A stretch of DNA of 64,000 nt from an uncultured Candidatus Saccharibacteria bacterium (lineage in GTDB: Bacteria; Patescibacteriota; Saccharimonadia; Saccharimonadales; Saccharimonadaceae): positions 5,198 to 69,197 of the forward strand of contig CBDEOC010000059.1 in the NCBI GenBank assembly GCA_965241395.1. Reading direction: 5' to 3'. This document shows positions 18,263-27,946 of this stretch, piece after piece. The notes beneath the pieces are model-generated. The model was not told where the DNA came from and ran no database searches. It worked only from the letters and a program-made list of their open reading frames with translations. The number at the start of each line of letters is the position of its first letter. Positions within the stretch are counted from its first letter, which is position 1. The translations under genes and the position numbers were made by a program.

Positions 18263-19024
18263 ATGGGTATAGCAAAGTTAGGAAAACAGATAAAGGAACA
18301 CAAGGTATTCGTAATCGTACCAATAGTTATCCTTATTGTAGTTGTGCTTGCCCGCACCTTTATCTGGAGGGATTACACCAATGAACGGGTGGAGATGGCT
18401 ATATATTTGAAAGATAAGTACGGTGGTCAAGAGTTCGTAGTCGGGAAGCCGGTGCGAGAGGGAGCAATGTTTGCTATCGAGGGTTATTTAGTTGCCATAG
18501 CCCACCCCGCCAATAACAGTAAAATAAAGTTCAGAGTAATACACTCGTCGTCAGCCAGATATGATGGATACGCCGGAGCTGTCTGGTCTAACGAGGAATC
18601 AAAGAGACTAAAGCCGGAGATATACCGCCTATTTGGCAGTGACACCGACTACACCGTCGAGATAAAGTCAGCATTGGAACTTCAAAATGCGCAGGTAAAC
18701 TTCCATGGTAAAATAATTGCCCTCGACGACATAGCCAAGATTTACGGCAAACAAATCCCCTACGGCTTAGCGATCAAAAGATTAAAGAAGAATCTGTCAG
18801 ATGATGAAAAGGAAGACATCGTAAATAAACTGATTGAACTATCGGCGTCACTGCCGGATAAAACGGATACTGCCGTCACATATATATCTGAAACAAGCGA
18901 GAAGAGAGAGTATGGCCTGGCGGTGCCACTTGATAACCTTCGTAAACTAAACAACAGACAGGATAAAATTAACCTATTCAGTGAATGGAAGGTAGGTGAA
19001 TCGCAGGATCAGGACTTATATTAG
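18263..19024 (+). CDS. Hypothetical N-terminally anchored protein
   Basis: 253-aa ORF with one N-terminal TM helix (VFVIVPIVILIVVVLA). I recognise no motif. It lies in the AT-richer island. Confidence 0.5.
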   Translation: MGIAKLGKQIKEHKVFVIVPIVILIVVVLARTFIWRDYTNERVEMAIYLKDKYGGQEFVVGKPVREGAMFAIEGYLVAIAHPANNSKIKFRVIHSSSARYDGYAGAVWSNEESKRLKPEIYRLFGSDTDYTVEIKSALELQNAQVNFHGKIIALDDIAKIYGKQIPYGLAIKRLKKNLSDDEKEDIVNKLIELSASLPDKTDTAVTYISETSEKREYGLAVPLDNLRKLNNRQDKINLFSEWKVGESQDQDLY

Positions 19025-19065
19025 GACGGATTTCATTAGTATTTAGCTTAAATCAGCAGAATTTC

Positions 19066-20337
19066 CTAATCTTTAGATATACGATGGCGGATGTAAGGTA
19101 TGAAGCCGGCGGCGGAAATTAATGATATTACAAACGCCGAGACGACCTCATGATTAGAGTTCCACAATGCACTCCAAAACGGCGGTGATGTCATGGACTG
19201 TAAAACGACCAGAAAGTTATTCATTGTATGTACGGGCAACAAATTATTAATGCAATAGGCGAAACCAACTATGGTACCGACAACGGCAATGATGCCGAGT
19301 ATAACTTGATCAAGGACTGCAGGATAACTTCTAGTAATTAATCCATATGTCCCCCAAGTGATAAGGGCGGTAAGAAGTCCCGTAATGCATGATACGGAGT
19401 GTTGTCGCCAAAGGAACGACCACACACCGATAGTGGCAGGTATACCTATCGCAGCCGCCACTAAAAGGGCGATACATCTAACGTAGTGCTTAGGTACAGA
19501 GTTGTTGAAAGGAAACTTCTCCGGCTTCTCTGCAGTAGTCGTAGTGCCGATCATGTGAGAGGAGTAGTACGGGACAGTGCACACCTCCCTGGGTACTTCC
19601 TCTTCGTGGGCGTGTTGTCGCAATTCTAGCTTAGATGCATAGAGCATACTCTCGGCGATTATTGTCAGAGCAGCGTCCGGCTTGATGATATCTCCGGCTG
19701 AGACAATGGCTTTTTGCAACATTACACCATAACAGCCGGGCCATTCAGATACAGATGGGATAATTCGCCTGAGGTGGTCTGTGCAACTATTCCATAGCTC
19801 GGTGATTGATTCTTTCGACAGCACCTCCGGGCGGTATTGATCAGGCATCCTGATGACACCGAATTTATCGCTACCCATGGTCTCCATACTGTATTTGATA
19901 CAATCCTGGATATCAAAATCACGAAAGACTTGTTCTTGTCCGATCTGCTTCATACCTCCACCAACGATAGCCCACGGCGAGTACTGTTCGCCAAACAGCT
20001 TTTGCAGGATCATATTACCAGCATAGTATGTCTCGCCGTCTTCAACTTGCAAGGTGAGGATGGCTTCTGGATCATCTGCCATAGCTGCCATCTGGCAGGC
20101 ACATCCAGCCATCAAGCTAGAAACATATAGAAGTAGCTCGATAGACATCATTTTATCTTTGGAGTTGTAAACTGGTCGCATAATGAAATCAAACATCTCT
20201 TGCCCGCCGAATTCCATACGTTCCTCCGGATTCAGCTGAGCAAGCTGATATCTGAGCGACTCGATCAATACATCGTTCGAGACCCCTGATGATTTATTCT
20301 CTATATCTGCCAGTGATTTTGTTTCCTTTGATGTCAT
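19066..20337 (-). CDS. Hypothetical protein: ~270-aa soluble N-domain plus a C-terminal multi-TM domain
   Basis: 423-aa ORF whose C-terminal third has about 4 hydrophobic helices. I recognise no motif. Confidence 0.5.
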   Translation of the reverse strand: MTSKETKSLADIENKSSGVSNDVLIESLRYQLAQLNPEERMEFGGQEMFDFIMRPVYNSKDKMMSIELLLYVSSLMAGCACQMAAMADDPEAILTLQVEDGETYYAGNMILQKLFGEQYSPWAIVGGGMKQIGQEQVFRDFDIQDCIKYSMETMGSDKFGVIRMPDQYRPEVLSKESITELWNSCTDHLRRIIPSVSEWPGCYGVMLQKAIVSAGDIIKPDAALTIIAESMLYASKLELRQHAHEEEVPREVCTVPYYSSHMIGTTTTAEKPEKFPFNNSVPKHYVRCIALLVAAAIGIPATIGVWSFLWRQHSVSCITGLLTALITWGTYGLITRSYPAVLDQVILGIIAVVGTIVGFAYCINNLLPVHTMNNFLVVLQSMTSPPFWSALWNSNHEVVSAFVISLISAAGFIPYIRHRISKD

Positions 20338-20583
20338 GATACCCTTGATACCTAGCTAATTTACAGACATTATACACGATGAGTGATAAGCGTGTACTAG
20401 CTTGTGCTAGTCTAGCGTGTAGCGAAATGCAGTACACTCCGCCAAATGAGTATTTAGCTTATGTCGCTAAAGCTGATACTTCCCTATCCGAGTCAAGTCT
20501 GTCTGACCTACCAATCATCAGGCAATGTGCACTATTTCACCAATCAGCTATTATATGGTATTATCTAGCTACTACCTCCCTGA

Positions 20584-20660
20584 GGGTCAGTAGCTCAGCT
20601 GGTTAGAGCACGGGCCTCTTAAGCCTGGTGTCGTGGGTTCGAGTCCCACCTGACTCACCA
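20584..20660 (+). tRNA. tRNA-Lys (CTT), CCA encoded
   Basis: Acceptor GGGTCAG/CTGACTC, anticodon loop CTCTTAA, T-arm GTGGG TTCGAGT CCCAC. Confidence 0.9.
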
Positions 20661-20825
20661 TAAAGGTATTATTTTCTGATCGGACTTTGGTCGACTATTT
20701 TCTCGGGCTATGAGCTAATCGCTAGAGTGTTTTATTGGCGGGCTACGGGTTATTAATTAGGAGCAGTCTTCCATATTTCATTCGGAGGTTGACTTATTTT
20801 TCGCAAGCGTTATGGTGGTTGTACG

Positions 20826-21899
20826 ATGAAGGTGAAAAACAGTGATATTGCGGTAGTTGATCTGTTCTGTGGAGTTGGCGGTCTGACGTGTGGACTTAAG
20901 AAAGCGGGACTTAATGTTGTGGCCGGTATTGATAACGATGTTACCTGTAAGTATGCTTACGAAGAAAATAATCAGGCCACTTTTATTGAGGCCGATGTTT
21001 CAAAGTTTGCTAGCTCAAGAGTTGAGAAACTATTCAAGAATGCAGAAATCAAGATTATGGTTGGGTGTGCTCCGTGTCAAAGATTCTCAAGTCAAGCGAA
21101 TAAATATAGGCGGAACATTGACACAAGGACTGATGTTAGGTGGAATCTGCTAAGGTCGTTTGCTCAGTATATTGAAGATATAAAGCCAGATATCGTATCT
21201 ATGGAGAATGTTCCGGAGCTTTGTAAGTATGATGTATTCGAAGATTTTCTGGAGAGATTGGATAAGTTAGGATATCATACAAGTTACAAAATAGTTGATT
21301 GCAGCAAATATGGACTACCACAAAAACGTCGTAGGTTAGTCCTTCTGGCATCAAAGTATGGAGAAATACAGCTAATATCAGAAGGGGCTATCAAGAAAAG
21401 ATTAACGGTTCGTGATGTATTGGCAGGGCTTCCTAAAATTTCTCATGGTGAAGTAGACAAAGACGATCCATTACACAGAAGTGCCGGATTATCAGATATT
21501 AATTTACAAAGAATTAAGCAATCCAAGCCTGGTGGCTCATGGCGAGATTGGGATGAAATGCTGTTGCCAAAATGTTATAAAAAACCAACCGGCAAGACCT
21601 TTGGCAGTGTCTATGGTCGAATGGAATGGGATAAACCGTCTCCGACGATTACGACGCAGTTTTATTCCTTTGGAACCGGGCGTTATGGTCATCCGGAGCA
21701 AGACAGGGCGCTTTCGTTAAGGGAAGGGGCTCTACTACAGACTTTTCCTGAAGACTATCGGTTCTTCGAAAACGCTGATGATATATCAATAACGACAATT
21801 AGTCGCCATATTGGAAATGCTGTACCGGTTGACCTAGGGAAGATCATAGGGTTGTCTATTAATGAGCATTTGGAGAATATAACCAATGGAAAACAATAA
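20826..21899 (+). CDS. DNA (cytosine-5)-methyltransferase
   Basis: Motif I DLFCGVGG, motif IV GCAPCQRFS, motif VI MENVPEL, motif VIII QKRRRLVLLA and motif X GNAVP. Confidence 0.92.
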   Translation: MKVKNSDIAVVDLFCGVGGLTCGLKKAGLNVVAGIDNDVTCKYAYEENNQATFIEADVSKFASSRVEKLFKNAEIKIMVGCAPCQRFSSQANKYRRNIDTRTDVRWNLLRSFAQYIEDIKPDIVSMENVPELCKYDVFEDFLERLDKLGYHTSYKIVDCSKYGLPQKRRRLVLLASKYGEIQLISEGAIKKRLTVRDVLAGLPKISHGEVDKDDPLHRSAGLSDINLQRIKQSKPGGSWRDWDEMLLPKCYKKPTGKTFGSVYGRMEWDKPSPTITTQFYSFGTGRYGHPEQDRALSLREGALLQTFPEDYRFFENADDISITTISRHIGNAVPVDLGKIIGLSINEHLENITNGKQ

Positions 21900-23571
21900 A
21901 CTTGTTTTAAAATTTGATCCACATACCATAGAACACCTAGGTATTAAAATGTATTCGCAGCTGCCTCATGCACTGGCTGAGCTTGTGGCGAATGCTTACG
22001 ACGCAGCGTCCACTAACGTGAGAATCCACTTATCAGATTCAGACCCCTCAAATAAAACCATTACTGTAATTGATGATGGTGACGGAATGTCATATGAAGA
22101 AGTCCAGGAGAATTTTCTAATTATTGGTCGCAAGCGAAGAGACTATGATGACACTCGCCTTAACTCAAAAAATAGACGAATTACTGGCAGAAAGGGTGTC
22201 GGAAAGTTGGCTCTGTTCGGTATAGGCAAAAATATACAAATCGAAACTACCAGACGTGGAGATGCTAACAAAACAGTATTCAACTTAGACTGGGATAATA
22301 TTCTGAGCGAAACTTCAGGCCAATACAACCCGCCATTTGAAATTATTAAAAAGAAAGATCCCGAAGAGCATGGTACAACTATCGTCTTGTCTCGCTTAAC
22401 TAGAGTCTCTGATTTTAACGAGAATGATATTGCTATCTCATTGTCAAAACTGTTTAATTGCTTCTCAAGCGACTTCAAGGTAAGCATAGCTCGAAATAAC
22501 TCAGAGCCCTTATTATTAACTAGGGATATGCTATATGATAATATCAATCAACAATTTAGCTGGAGAGTTGAGGACATAGTTAATGTACTAGATGGCGACT
22601 ATAGACATAAAGCCAACCTAAAAGGATTAATAGTATCATCTGAAAAACCGATAAAGCCGGATTTAAGAGGTATTTCGTTGTACTCTAACGGACGCTTAGT
22701 GAATACTGCTGGATTTTTTGGAGTACCAGAAGCTGGTCATACATTTACGTATCTATCAGGGTGGATAGACGCCGACTTCTTGGATGAAATGGATGACGAT
22801 TTAATCTCAACAGATAGACAATCTCTGAGCTGGGATTTACCGGAAACAAAAGCCTTGCAAGCATACCTTCAGAAGATTATGCGGTATCTGGTGAAGGATT
22901 GGAGTGAGAAACGAAAGAAAGTAAAAGAAGAACGGATGAACCAGCGTTCTGGCGTAAATATATCAAATTGGGCTAGTACTATGCCCGACGACATGAAGAA
23001 GCCCTTTCTTAAGGTTGTTGATAAAATCAGCTCTAGCCCGTCTATTGACGATGACGATTATTCTAATGTTATAAAAGATCTTCATGAAGCTTTGCCAGAC
23101 TACCCGATATATCATTGGCGCAATCTACATAGCAGCATAAAAAGCGTTAGTGAATTAAAGTATAAAAATGGGGATTATTACGGAGCGCTTACAGAGGCAT
23201 GTAAGGAGTACGTTAAAGCAGTTAGGGCTAAGTCAATCAGTCAAAATCCAAATCAAGCCCAAATGATCAGAGAGCTAGACGATAATCCTTTAATGATGAA
23301 GGTGTTTAATGAAAACCCGAAAAACGCTATGTTGCGCATTGCGCAATCAGCAACCCGTCCAGACGGGACGCCTTTTGATGATGAAACAAAGAAGAATCTT
23401 GAGAGTGCGCAAAGGTATTTATCTGCAGGTGTCGTCAGTGGTTATCGAAATCCTCTGTCTCATGAAACGCATAATGATTTATCTGTGGCGGGTGTCATTA
23501 CAGAACAACATTGCTTGGATGCTTTGAGTCTGCTGTCTTTACTGTGTACAAGATTGGACAAAGCAAAGTAA
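21886..23571 (+). CDS. GHKL (MORC/HATPase_c_3-like) ATPase fused to a C-terminal HEPN-type (TIGR02391/Abi_C-like) domain
   Basis: N-box ELVANAYDA, G1 DDGDGM and G2 GRKGVGKLALFGIG. The C-terminus has GYRNPLSHE (Rx4H, nt 23446-23463). The gene overlaps the methyltransferase gene by 14 nt. Confidence 0.7.
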   Translation: MENNKLVLKFDPHTIEHLGIKMYSQLPHALAELVANAYDAASTNVRIHLSDSDPSNKTITVIDDGDGMSYEEVQENFLIIGRKRRDYDDTRLNSKNRRITGRKGVGKLALFGIGKNIQIETTRRGDANKTVFNLDWDNILSETSGQYNPPFEIIKKKDPEEHGTTIVLSRLTRVSDFNENDIAISLSKLFNCFSSDFKVSIARNNSEPLLLTRDMLYDNINQQFSWRVEDIVNVLDGDYRHKANLKGLIVSSEKPIKPDLRGISLYSNGRLVNTAGFFGVPEAGHTFTYLSGWIDADFLDEMDDDLISTDRQSLSWDLPETKALQAYLQKIMRYLVKDWSEKRKKVKEERMNQRSGVNISNWASTMPDDMKKPFLKVVDKISSSPSIDDDDYSNVIKDLHEALPDYPIYHWRNLHSSIKSVSELKYKNGDYYGALTEACKEYVKAVRAKSISQNPNQAQMIRELDDNPLMMKVFNENPKNAMLRIAQSATRPDGTPFDDETKKNLESAQRYLSAGVVSGYRNPLSHETHNDLSVAGVITEQHCLDALSLLSLLCTRLDKAK

Positions 23572-23576
23572 GGAGC

Positions 23577-23874
23577 AAATATAATAAAGCGTTGGTCAGC
23601 AGAGGTAATATCTCTCTACTAATATCAGAAGACGTTATTAAAGATGGTCGCATTGTTCCACCCGGCAAGGCTAATCAAGCTGGCAGACCTAGGGAATACT
23701 CAGATGAGCTAATCAAGTTCATCTTAGCAATACGCACCTTGTTCAATCGCTCTCAGACAGACCAGCGGTTTCACTATATACTTATTTAAGCTAATGGAGC
23801 TAAAAGCTAGGGTGCCAAATTACACCACACTGTTTCGCAGAATGTCCAAGCTATTATTTAGCCTCCCCTCCTAG
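23577..23874 (+). pseudogene. IS5-family transposase N-terminal remnant (frame-shifted, DDE domain missing)
   Basis: KYNKALVSRGNISLLISEDVI...GRPREYSDELIKFILAIRTLF, then in another frame LMELKARVPNYTTLFRRMSKL. Both are typical of IS5-type N-termini, and no catalytic part follows. Confidence 0.6.
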
Positions 23875-23979
23875 ATCTCTGAATGAACTTTCTCTGTGGA
23901 TGGACTCAATTAGATTCAGGACTGACATGTGATCTTCGTATAGCTCGGTATTGTATATTAGCTGGATTACCGATACCGT

Positions 23980-24360
23980 TTACCGTCGCCTCTGGGGGTC
24001 GGCACTATATTGCTGTAGAGCTCTCTGTGCTGTAGTGAAGCAAGTTAGCCTGGTGGGATTAGACAGAAGAGAGCAATCGTGGGGTAGTAAGTCGCCAGCC
24101 GATAGGGCTAAGGCGTCAGCCAGAGGCTTGTCGGTAATTGCACCAATTAGCTTCTCGGCACCATAGGTGGCGATGCTACAGAGCTGACCGGTGTAGCTGG
24201 CTCCGGTGATGATACCGTCCTTGATATCCAGATACAGTTCGATCCGGTCGCCACAGCCGGGATTGCTGTCAGTCAGGGGAGATATATGAGCGAGTTCTCC
24301 TTGGTATCGAGGGTGACGATGGGTAAAGATGATGTCGTCCAGCAGACTCTGATCATTCAT
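23980..24360 (-). CDS. sufU: SufU/IscU-like Fe-S scaffold (NifU N-terminal family)
   Basis: NPGCGDRIELYL, GQLCSIATYG and a C-terminal conserved Cys (RLTCFTTA). It is the last gene of the suf operon. Confidence 0.7.
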   Translation of the reverse strand: MNDQSLLDDIIFTHRHPRYQGELAHISPLTDSNPGCGDRIELYLDIKDGIITGASYTGQLCSIATYGAEKLIGAITDKPLADALALSAGDLLPHDCSLLSNPTRLTCFTTAQRALQQYSADPQRRR

Positions 24361-24362
24361 GT

Positions 24363-25529
24363 CTAGCCGCCTAGCCGATTAAGGGCTTGCTCGTAGCCGG
24401 TGATGAAGCGGTCGATATCTTGCCGGGTGTTATAAATGCCGAGTGAAGCTCGGATAACGCCTCGGGTTTCGCCGAGGTGTTGCGCCGGAATATCGGCACA
24501 GGATTTGCCGGCTCGGACGATGATCTGCTGTGACTCTAGAAGCATGGCGATATCGTGGGGGTGAATGGTCGGGTGAGCCAGAGAAAAAATGGGGACACGC
24601 CGGGTGGTTGGGTCGGTAGGGCCGATGAGGAACCGGTCAAGCTGGTGTTGCCGGAGTTGATCAAGGAAATACTCGCCTAGAGCTTCTTCCTGGCGGCGAA
24701 ATGCCTTAAGCAGCTGGAGGCCCGCCCTTAGCCCCAATGCCCCCTCGATATTAGGAGTGCCCGGCTCGAACCGTCTGGCAGACGACAGTAGCTCATAGTC
24801 GGATCGGTCGATGCGGCTAAAGGTCTGGCTGCCATAGACCATCGGTACTAGGCTCTGAAGTTGGTCATCGGCGATGTATAGCACCCCCAGTCCGGTCATG
24901 CCGTATACTTTGTGAGCTGAATAGACCAGAAAGTCGCAGTTGAGACGGTCGATACTGACATCCAGGTGCGGTACGGCCTGGGTGGCATCAACTAAGACAA
25001 GGCCGCCCTGCTTTCTGATCTGAGCAGTTAAATTGTGATAGTCATAGACTTCGCCTGTCAGATTGGAGACCAGACTGTAGCTAAACAGCTTGACCCTTGA
25101 GAGGTCTGATAGGGGTAGCTCCTCCATATATTTCACCTGAGCACCGGTCTGCTTCGCTAATGCTAGCCAAGGCAGCAGGTTAGAATTATGCTCGTGGAGT
25201 GTCAATAAGATGATATCGCCGGGATGGAGAGTGTGCTGAATACCGCATCTCACCATATTGATGGCGTAGGTGCTGGAATAGGTAAAGACGATGTTATCGC
25301 TCTTCGCCCCGATTAGCTCCCCGGCGTCTTGGTGAGCCAGCTGATATTGCCTGGTAACCCAAGTCGACCAATCGGTACCACTGCGCCCGACATTCGTTAA
25401 GTGATGATGATAGTACTTAGCCAGAGCTTTCAGCAGCAAGTCAGATTTCAGGGTGGTATTAGCACTATCCAGGTAGACCAGCTCGGGATGGCTGGTTAGG
25501 ATAGGGAAGAGTGATCGTACTTTAATCAT
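24363..25529 (-). CDS. sufS: Cysteine desulfurase SufS (class V aminotransferase)
   Basis: YSAHKVYG (PLP lysine) and RAGKSCA (active-site Cys loop). It sits within the suf operon. Confidence 0.88.
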   Translation of the reverse strand: MIKVRSLFPILTSHPELVYLDSANTTLKSDLLLKALAKYYHHHLTNVGRSGTDWSTWVTRQYQLAHQDAGELIGAKSDNIVFTYSSTYAINMVRCGIQHTLHPGDIILLTLHEHNSNLLPWLALAKQTGAQVKYMEELPLSDLSRVKLFSYSLVSNLTGEVYDYHNLTAQIRKQGGLVLVDATQAVPHLDVSIDRLNCDFLVYSAHKVYGMTGLGVLYIADDQLQSLVPMVYGSQTFSRIDRSDYELLSSARRFEPGTPNIEGALGLRAGLQLLKAFRRQEEALGEYFLDQLRQHQLDRFLIGPTDPTTRRVPIFSLAHPTIHPHDIAMLLESQQIIVRAGKSCADIPAQHLGETRGVIRASLGIYNTRQDIDRFITGYEQALNRLGG

Positions 25530-25530
25530 C

Positions 25531-25956
25531 TTATAATCTTACTCCATTATGGTACCGGGCGGTCACCTCCGAGACTATTAGCTGCCAAGCCTGATCTTTG
25601 GTGAGGCCTCGGCTCATCAGGTAAAAGAGCTCATTCTTGCCGATATGCTTAGTGGTTAGGGCGTGTCCTGCCTGGCACTGATTATTATCTATCTCGAGGT
25701 TGGGGGCAGCCTGAACGGTCGCCCGGTCGCTGGTGATGACGATGATCTCGAGCCAGGCGTGGCTATCGACGGCAGATGACCTGATAGTGGTAGTAGCCTG
25801 CAGCTTAACCTTAGCCTGTTTACCGGCCACGATGCAGATAGAGATATTTGACCCGGTGTGAGGCTCTCGGTGGACGAAATGGAGCTTGACCGTCCGCTGT
25901 CGGTTAGTCCGGAGCAGATACTTTTGCTTGATATCGCCTATGATATATTGTCTCAT
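25531..25956 (-). CDS. sufD: Very short SufD-like protein (141 aa)
   Basis: I prefer the ATG at 25956, which overlaps the sufB stop (ATGA). HALTTKHIGKNELFYLMSRGLTKDQAWQLIV parallels the SufB/SufD C-terminal motif. The 194-aa track ORF would overlap sufB. Confidence 0.6.
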   Translation of the reverse strand: MRQYIIGDIKQKYLLRTNRQRTVKLHFVHREPHTGSNISICIVAGKQAKVKLQATTTIRSSAVDSHAWLEIIVITSDRATVQAAPNLEIDNNQCQAGHALTTKHIGKNELFYLMSRGLTKDQAWQLIVSEVTARYHNGVRL

Positions 25957-27281
25957 CCGACCGACCCCTCCATGGATAGCTCGATCAGACGGTTGAGTTC
26001 GACGGCGTATTCCATCGGTAAGTTGCTGATGATGGGCTCGATAAAACCTTGGATGATCAGGCTGGTGGCTTCGTCCTCGTCTAAGCCTCGACTCATCAAA
26101 TAAAAGAGCTGCCACTCGTTGATCCGTCCAGTCGTTGCCTCGTGACTGAGATTAGCGTCAGACCGCTTGATGACGCTGGTGGGATAAGTATTAGAGAGAC
26201 TGTCGCTACTTAGCAGAAGTGTATCGCATTTGGTAGCAGAGCGAGCGTTGGCGGCTTGGTCATCAATGACGATCTCGCCTCGGTAAGTACTGGAGCCGTC
26301 GCCGGAGCAAATTGATTTGGCAACGACGGTTGATGAAGTATCCGGTGCAAGGTGGATTGCCTTGCCGCCGTTATCTTGCTTTTGCCCTGACTTGGCGGTA
26401 GCTAAGGAGAGGATATTACCTCTGGCGCCTCGTTCAGCCAGTACGAGACAAGGGTACTTCATGGTCAGTTGTGAGCCGATATTACCGTCGATCCATTCGC
26501 CGATACCTTCTTCCTTGACCAGCATCCGCTGGGTGGTCAGGTTGATCACATTAGTCGACCAGTTCTGGATAGTGGTGTAGCGGGCTCGGGCATGTGGCTT
26601 GACGATTACCTCGACTACGGCGGCGTGTAGAGTATTCCGGCTAAAGACTGGCGCAGAGCAACCTTCGACATATTGCACGGTCGAGCCTCGATCGGCGATG
26701 ATCAGACTTCGTTCAAACTGCCCGACATTACTGACGTCAATCAGGAAATAAGCCTGCAGGGGGATGGTCAGATGTACGTCGGGCGGGACATAGATGAAGC
26801 TACCGCCACTCCAGACGGCGGTATTAAGGGCGGCGAATTTGTTATCTCTACTGGAGACAACAGTACCGAAATACTCCCGGAAGAGGTCGGGGTGCTGTCT
26901 CAGGGCGGTATCGGTATCGGTAAAGATTACCCCCTGACTCTGCCATTCTTCTTTGAGACAGTTATAAATAGCGGTGGAATCAGTCTGGGCTTGGCTGCCG
27001 GCTAAGTAGCGCTGCTCTGCCTCAGGTAGACCAATCTCTTGGTAAGTTCGTTTGATTTCATCGGGGATTTGATCCCAGTTATCCGCTACCTGCTCTCCGA
27101 CCGGATGATAGTAATCAATCGTGCTGAAGTCCAGGCTGCTCAGATCCGGGCCGAAGCTAGGCATTGGCCGGCGGACGAACTCGTGATAGGCCTCCAGACG
27201 AATATCCAGCATCCAGCTCGGCTCGTGCTTCATAGCCGAGATATGTCGGATAGTTGCCTCAGATAGATCGACCGTAGACAA
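25953..27281 (-). CDS. sufB: Fe-S cluster assembly protein SufB
   Basis: SufB-like sequence throughout (YVEGCSAP, HEATTGRINEWQLFYLMSRGL). Confidence 0.92.
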   Translation of the reverse strand: MSTVDLSEATIRHISAMKHEPSWMLDIRLEAYHEFVRRPMPSFGPDLSSLDFSTIDYYHPVGEQVADNWDQIPDEIKRTYQEIGLPEAEQRYLAGSQAQTDSTAIYNCLKEEWQSQGVIFTDTDTALRQHPDLFREYFGTVVSSRDNKFAALNTAVWSGGSFIYVPPDVHLTIPLQAYFLIDVSNVGQFERSLIIADRGSTVQYVEGCSAPVFSRNTLHAAVVEVIVKPHARARYTTIQNWSTNVINLTTQRMLVKEEGIGEWIDGNIGSQLTMKYPCLVLAERGARGNILSLATAKSGQKQDNGGKAIHLAPDTSSTVVAKSICSGDGSSTYRGEIVIDDQAANARSATKCDTLLLSSDSLSNTYPTSVIKRSDANLSHEATTGRINEWQLFYLMSRGLDEDEATSLIIQGFIEPIISNLPMEYAVELNRLIELSMEGSVG

Positions 27282-27283
27282 AG

Positions 27284-27946
27284 CTAGAGCTCCTCCAGGT
27301 TATAAGTGACGGTGGGCTTGAGCTCGTTTAATAGGTGGTCGTGATGGGAGATGACGATCAGACTGGTCGGGTAGTCGATAGCAAGTAAGCGTTCGGCTAG
27401 TCGACTAACGCTATCTCGGTCCAACCCCGAGTCCGGCTCATCGAGAAGGGCAAAGCGGGGGCGAATAGCCAGCATCTGAAGGATCTCAGATTTCTTTTTT
27501 TCACCGCCACTGAAGCCGGCATTGAGCTGACGCTGCGGGTCGAAGTCATCAAAGCCGAGCCGGCCGGCATCTTGCTTGAGCTCGTCCAGTACGTCGAAGA
27601 AATTGCGTTCACGGGTATCAATATTAGCCAGTACGGAGCGGAGAAAATTGCTATAGCTGATGGGGATTTCGATCGGCGACTGCATAGCCAGGAAGATGCC
27701 TAGCTTAGCTCGTTCGTTGGGCGGCAGATCGGTGATATCCGTCTCGTCCAGCCGGATTTGCCCTGAGATCACCCGGTACTCCGGCGAGCCCATGATGGCG
27801 CTGACCAGGGTAGTCTTGCCGCAGCCGTTATGACCGAGCAGGGCGTAGTTGGTCCGGTCACTAAAGTGCAGGGATATATCTTTGATGATCTGCTTACCGT
27901 CTTTGGTGGCTACGGTTAAATGTTTTATCTCCAACCCTTTTCTCAT
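27284..27946 (-). CDS. sufC: Fe-S cluster assembly ATPase SufC
   Basis: GHNGCGKTTL, FSGGEKKKSEILQM and LLDEPDSGLD. I prefer the second ATG (27946), which follows GAGGGAG. The track ORF starts at 27958. Confidence 0.9.
   Translation of the reverse strand: MRKGLEIKHLTVATKDGKQIIKDISLHFSDRTNYALLGHNGCGKTTLVSAIMGSPEYRVISGQIRLDETDITDLPPNERAKLGIFLAMQSPIEIPISYSNFLRSVLANIDTRERNFFDVLDELKQDAGRLGFDDFDPQRQLNAGFSGGEKKKSEILQMLAIRPRFALLDEPDSGLDRDSVSRLAERLLAIDYPTSLIVISHHDHLLNELKPTVTYNLEEL

Noticed and set aside
20379-20606. A 75-aa plus-strand ORF upstream of, and running into, tRNA-Lys(CTT).
   Set aside because: It overlaps the tRNA gene, has no RBS, and has a low-complexity composition.
25957-26115. The long (194-aa) version of the sufD-like ORF, which overlaps sufB by about 160 nt.
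   Set aside because: The overlapped part is Arg/His-rich and looks non-coding. An internal ATG at 25956 forms a typical ATGA stop/start junction with sufB.
27488-27500. An 8-nt homopolymer (T8 on the plus strand, A8 in the coding sense) inside sufC, considered as a possible slippage site.
   Set aside because: It encodes the conserved GGEKKK stretch of the ABC signature region of an essential gene, and I saw no sign of an alternative frame. It is most likely just Lys codons.
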